Shown here one piece after another: positions 61,567 through 64,000 of a stretch of DNA of 64,000 bases. The translations under genes were made by a program, and so were the position numbers. Source of the DNA: Bacillota bacterium (GTDB lineage: Bacteria > Bacillota > Clostridia > Acetivibrionales > DTU013); NCBI GenBank assembly GCA_023409735.1, contig JAEYRB010000010.1, forward strand, positions 153,404 through 217,403, given 5' to 3'. Under the pieces are notes generated by a model. It saw only the letters and a list, made by a program, of their open reading frames with translations, was not told the DNA's origin and did no database searches. Numbering within the stretch: the first letter of the stretch is position 1; every line of letters begins with the position of its first letter.

Positions 61567-63648
61567 ATGAAAGCGTTAAAGAAACTGGTAACACTGGTCT
61601 CAGCAGCTGCTATAGTTATTTCAACTATATCATCTGCATACGCAAAGGTACCCGATGTGGATGGACATTGGGCAGCAGCCGAGATCAACACCTGGATCGA
61701 CAGAGGAGTCATCAGTGGATATCCTGATGGATCATTTGCACCTGAGAAATCCATAACAAGAGCAGAATTTTCGAGCATAATGAGCAAGTTATTCAGATAT
61801 GTTGATAAAGCAAAAAGTACGTTTGTTGATGTAGAAGCTAAGGCATGGTACTCTGAAGATGTATCAAAAGCATCAGCAGCAGGTATCATCAAAGGTGACG
61901 GAGGAAAATTCCGCCCCAACGATCCTATTACAAGACAGGAAGCAGCTGTTATCATCAGCAGGGCATTCACGCTGGAAGCAAAGAATGTTAATGCAGCAGA
62001 TAAGTATTCGGATAAGAAAAGTATAGCTGCATGGGCACTTGATGCAGTAAACGCATTAACCTCAAACGGTTATATGTCAGGCAGAGCAAATGAAGGCTTC
62101 GCTCCGGCTGCCAAAATAACCAGGGCTGAGACGGTTAAGCTTATTGATAACATACTTTCTGATGTAAAGAGTGAAAAGGGTACATATACCGCTAATGTAG
62201 AAAAGAGCCTTCTTGTTAATGCAGATGGCGTTATACTCAAGGACATAGTCATAAAGGGCGACCTGATACTTGCCCAAGGTATATCAGACGGGGATGTCAC
62301 ACTGGATAATGTCAAGGTAGAAGGCAGAACGATCGTACTTGGCGGCGGAGAAAACAGTGTACATTTTGTAAATACCAGCCTTTCAAAGCTTTTGGTTATA
62401 AAGATTGGCGGTAAAGTCAGGATAGTAGCTGAGGGATCAACCAATATTGATGAAACCTCATTGCTCTCAGGAGCAAAACTCGAAGAAAAAGATCTAAAGG
62501 GTGAAGGCTTTAAAAAGGTTGAAGTAATAGCTTTGGAACCCGGACAGGAGCTTGTATTGAACGGAGATTTTGAAGAGATTACCGTTGATACACCTGCTGC
62601 GGAAATCAAGCTGGTACAATCCACAGTAGGCAAGCTTTCAGTAACCGAAAAAGCTGCAGGCGCAAAAATTGATATAGCTGCAGATTCAAAAGTAAAAAAT
62701 CTTAATATAGAAGCTGCTGTAAGTGTAACAGGAAAAGGAAAGGTTGAAACTGCAAGCATAAATGCTAATGGAGCAACTATTGAGATGAAACCTGATAAGG
62801 TTGAAGTTGCAGCAGGTGTTACAGCAAATGTCAACGGTAAAGAGATTAAAGGAGATGGAAACACTTCCAGCGGCGGATTTGTTCCATATACTCCGATAGA
62901 GAGCTCGTTAAACATGTCACTTTTAACAAATGGTACTAGTATTGCGGCCGCTAAAAATGGCAGCACCTATACGTTTGATTTGACAGGTGTAGCCGGTGAT
63001 GTCTCGCTTAATGGCTTAAAGGTTGAGAGTACTCCTACAGCAACAGACCTGAAGTTTATTGATGTAGACAGAACTGTAGCTGGAACTAACGGTACATTTA
63101 AATTTAGCGGTAGTGATTCACTTATTGATGCTTACTTTGGGATAGGCTTTAACTTTGACGGTGATGTAAGTGTTCAGACTCTTAAGAGCATACTCAGCGG
63201 AACAATCACAAAAGAAGCTATAGTTATGAATGGCAGCAGTGAAGTAAAAAAGGTGACAATAGTCGTCAAGATATCAAATTCCGGAAATGTTTTTGGTGAC
63301 GAGGAGATATTGAACTGCTATACTATAAAGTCAACAACTTCGGGAGCAATAACTGCCACACTTAAAACAGGAAAAGAGACAATTTCTGTTCTCTCCGGCA
63401 GCGGATTTTATACATCTCTTAAGAACATGATCACCATCCCTTCAGGGTATTCCTTTAATGGAGTAGCAATAGGAAGCGGTGATTATGAGACTAGTAACAT
63501 TGAAATACTTGAGGACTTGGCGTCAGCAGTAGAAAAGGGTATTAATGAAATAACCCTCGGGGATCTGAAAGCTAAAAATATAACAGTAAAGTTAAAGGCC
63601 AGCAGTCCTAATAATCCAGACAGAGTAATTATGGTAACATTTGCTTAA
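61567..63648 (+). CDS. secreted cell-wall protein with three N-terminal SLH domains
   Basis: Signal peptide MKALKKLVTLVSAAAIVISTISSAYA; three SLH repeats (GHWAAAEINTWIDRGVISGYPDGSFAP..; WYSEDVSKASAAGIIKG..; WALDAVNALTSNGYMSG..); AGGGAGGA RBS. Confidence 0.85.
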   Translation: MKALKKLVTLVSAAAIVISTISSAYAKVPDVDGHWAAAEINTWIDRGVISGYPDGSFAPEKSITRAEFSSIMSKLFRYVDKAKSTFVDVEAKAWYSEDVSKASAAGIIKGDGGKFRPNDPITRQEAAVIISRAFTLEAKNVNAADKYSDKKSIAAWALDAVNALTSNGYMSGRANEGFAPAAKITRAETVKLIDNILSDVKSEKGTYTANVEKSLLVNADGVILKDIVIKGDLILAQGISDGDVTLDNVKVEGRTIVLGGGENSVHFVNTSLSKLLVIKIGGKVRIVAEGSTNIDETSLLSGAKLEEKDLKGEGFKKVEVIALEPGQELVLNGDFEEITVDTPAAEIKLVQSTVGKLSVTEKAAGAKIDIAADSKVKNLNIEAAVSVTGKGKVETASINANGATIEMKPDKVEVAAGVTANVNGKEIKGDGNTSSGGFVPYTPIESSLNMSLLTNGTSIAAAKNGSTYTFDLTGVAGDVSLNGLKVESTPTATDLKFIDVDRTVAGTNGTFKFSGSDSLIDAYFGIGFNFDGDVSVQTLKSILSGTITKEAIVMNGSSEVKKVTIVVKISNSGNVFGDEEILNCYTIKSTTSGAITATLKTGKETISVLSGSGFYTSLKNMITIPSGYSFNGVAIGSGDYETSNIEILEDLASAVEKGINEITLGDLKAKNITVKLKASSPNNPDRVIMVTFA

Positions 63649-63679
63649 CATTTATTTTTAGTATATAATTAATAAGTTA

Positions 63680-63707
63680 GGACTTATCTGGTAAACCAGA
63701 TAAGTCC
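63680..63707 (+). terminator. 12-bp perfect hairpin after the SLH gene (no clear U-tract)
   Basis: GGACTTATCTGG-taaa-CCAGATAAGTCC. Confidence 0.5.
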
Positions 63708-63947
63708 CACTTATGATGTAGAGTAGTTTAAGACAATGAATTACATAGTATTTCAGGTAATTCTAATCAAGAATTCGAAGCTTTTTTAATGGTGTTTCGG
63801 CCCATTAAAAAGTCAGAAGGAAATAGCATAGCAGGACAAGCTTGCCACATATGAGGCACGCTATGGCGAAGCTATGCCTAAAACCGGCAGCGCATTAATG
63901 CACGTTCCGAATGTGTAAATTAGTAGTACAGCAGTAAAAAGGTAAAT

Positions 63948-64000
63948 ATGAAAAAAGTAATTATTACGGCAGTTATAGTTTTATTTGCTCTTACAGCGTT
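63948..64000 (+). CDS. start of a membrane or secreted protein, truncated by the window edge
   Basis: ATG 63948 then MKKVIITAVIVLFALTA (signal/TM-like); only a weak RBS (AAAGG). Confidence 0.3.
   Translation, partial: MKKVIITAVIVLFALTA

Noticed and set aside
62070-62966. 298-aa minus-strand ORF, and similar long antisense ORFs (2954-3208, 10282-10833, 17315-17875, 28089-28610, 54449-54982)
   Set aside because: Each lies antisense to a gene with clear family motifs. Their Ser/Pro/Phe-rich composition is typical of shadow frames.

Overview
Low-GC Firmicutes (Clostridia-type) chromosomal window with about 56 protein genes and one tRNA (tRNA-Pro CGG). No rRNA, CRISPR array, cas genes or recognisable prophage or transposase gene were seen. 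Left to right: (1) housekeeping genes (MiaB/MtaB 3' end, ireB, an aldo/keto reductase-ferredoxin fusion, ruvX, DUF1292, DUF3048 lipoprotein, pyrG). (2) A ~13 kb nitrogen-assimilation supercluster at 7.3-20.4 kb. On the minus strand it has a split five-ORF archaeal-type glutamate synthase, a short type-I glutamine synthetase and an ANTAR response regulator. Diverging from it on the plus strand are a type-III glutamine synthetase, an ammonium transporter fused in frame to a P-II domain, and asnB. Both divergent leaders carry sigma-A-like promoters followed by terminator hairpins. (3) Transport and regulators: panE, CDF exporter, MarR plus heterodimeric ABC exporter, corA, SDR, TetR, and a lysine-riboswitch-controlled amino-acid ABC importer. 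(4) An accessory-looking patch at 34.5-39.9 kb: DUF559/Vsr-like protein, a 324-bp MITE-like element with 8-bp target-site duplication, a P-loop protein, and a QueG-like Fe-S protein plus DEDDh exonuclease. (5) YtrA-like GntR/ABC module, a second asparagine synthetase, rubrerythrin, tRNA-Pro, AraC/GH4, azoR and an MFS transporter. (6) A conserved block: uncharacterised radical-SAM pair, RNase G, rplU-prp-rpmA, obg, yhbY. After it come DUF4364, pdxK, a small ORF below the track's length cutoff, and an SLH cell-wall protein. The most unusual global property is that at least 16 intergenic regions contain degenerate tandem repeats. Several of these start inside the 3' end of the upstream gene and re-copy its last codons plus the stop codon. 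All calls come from reading the sequence and ORF translations by eye; no searches were run.
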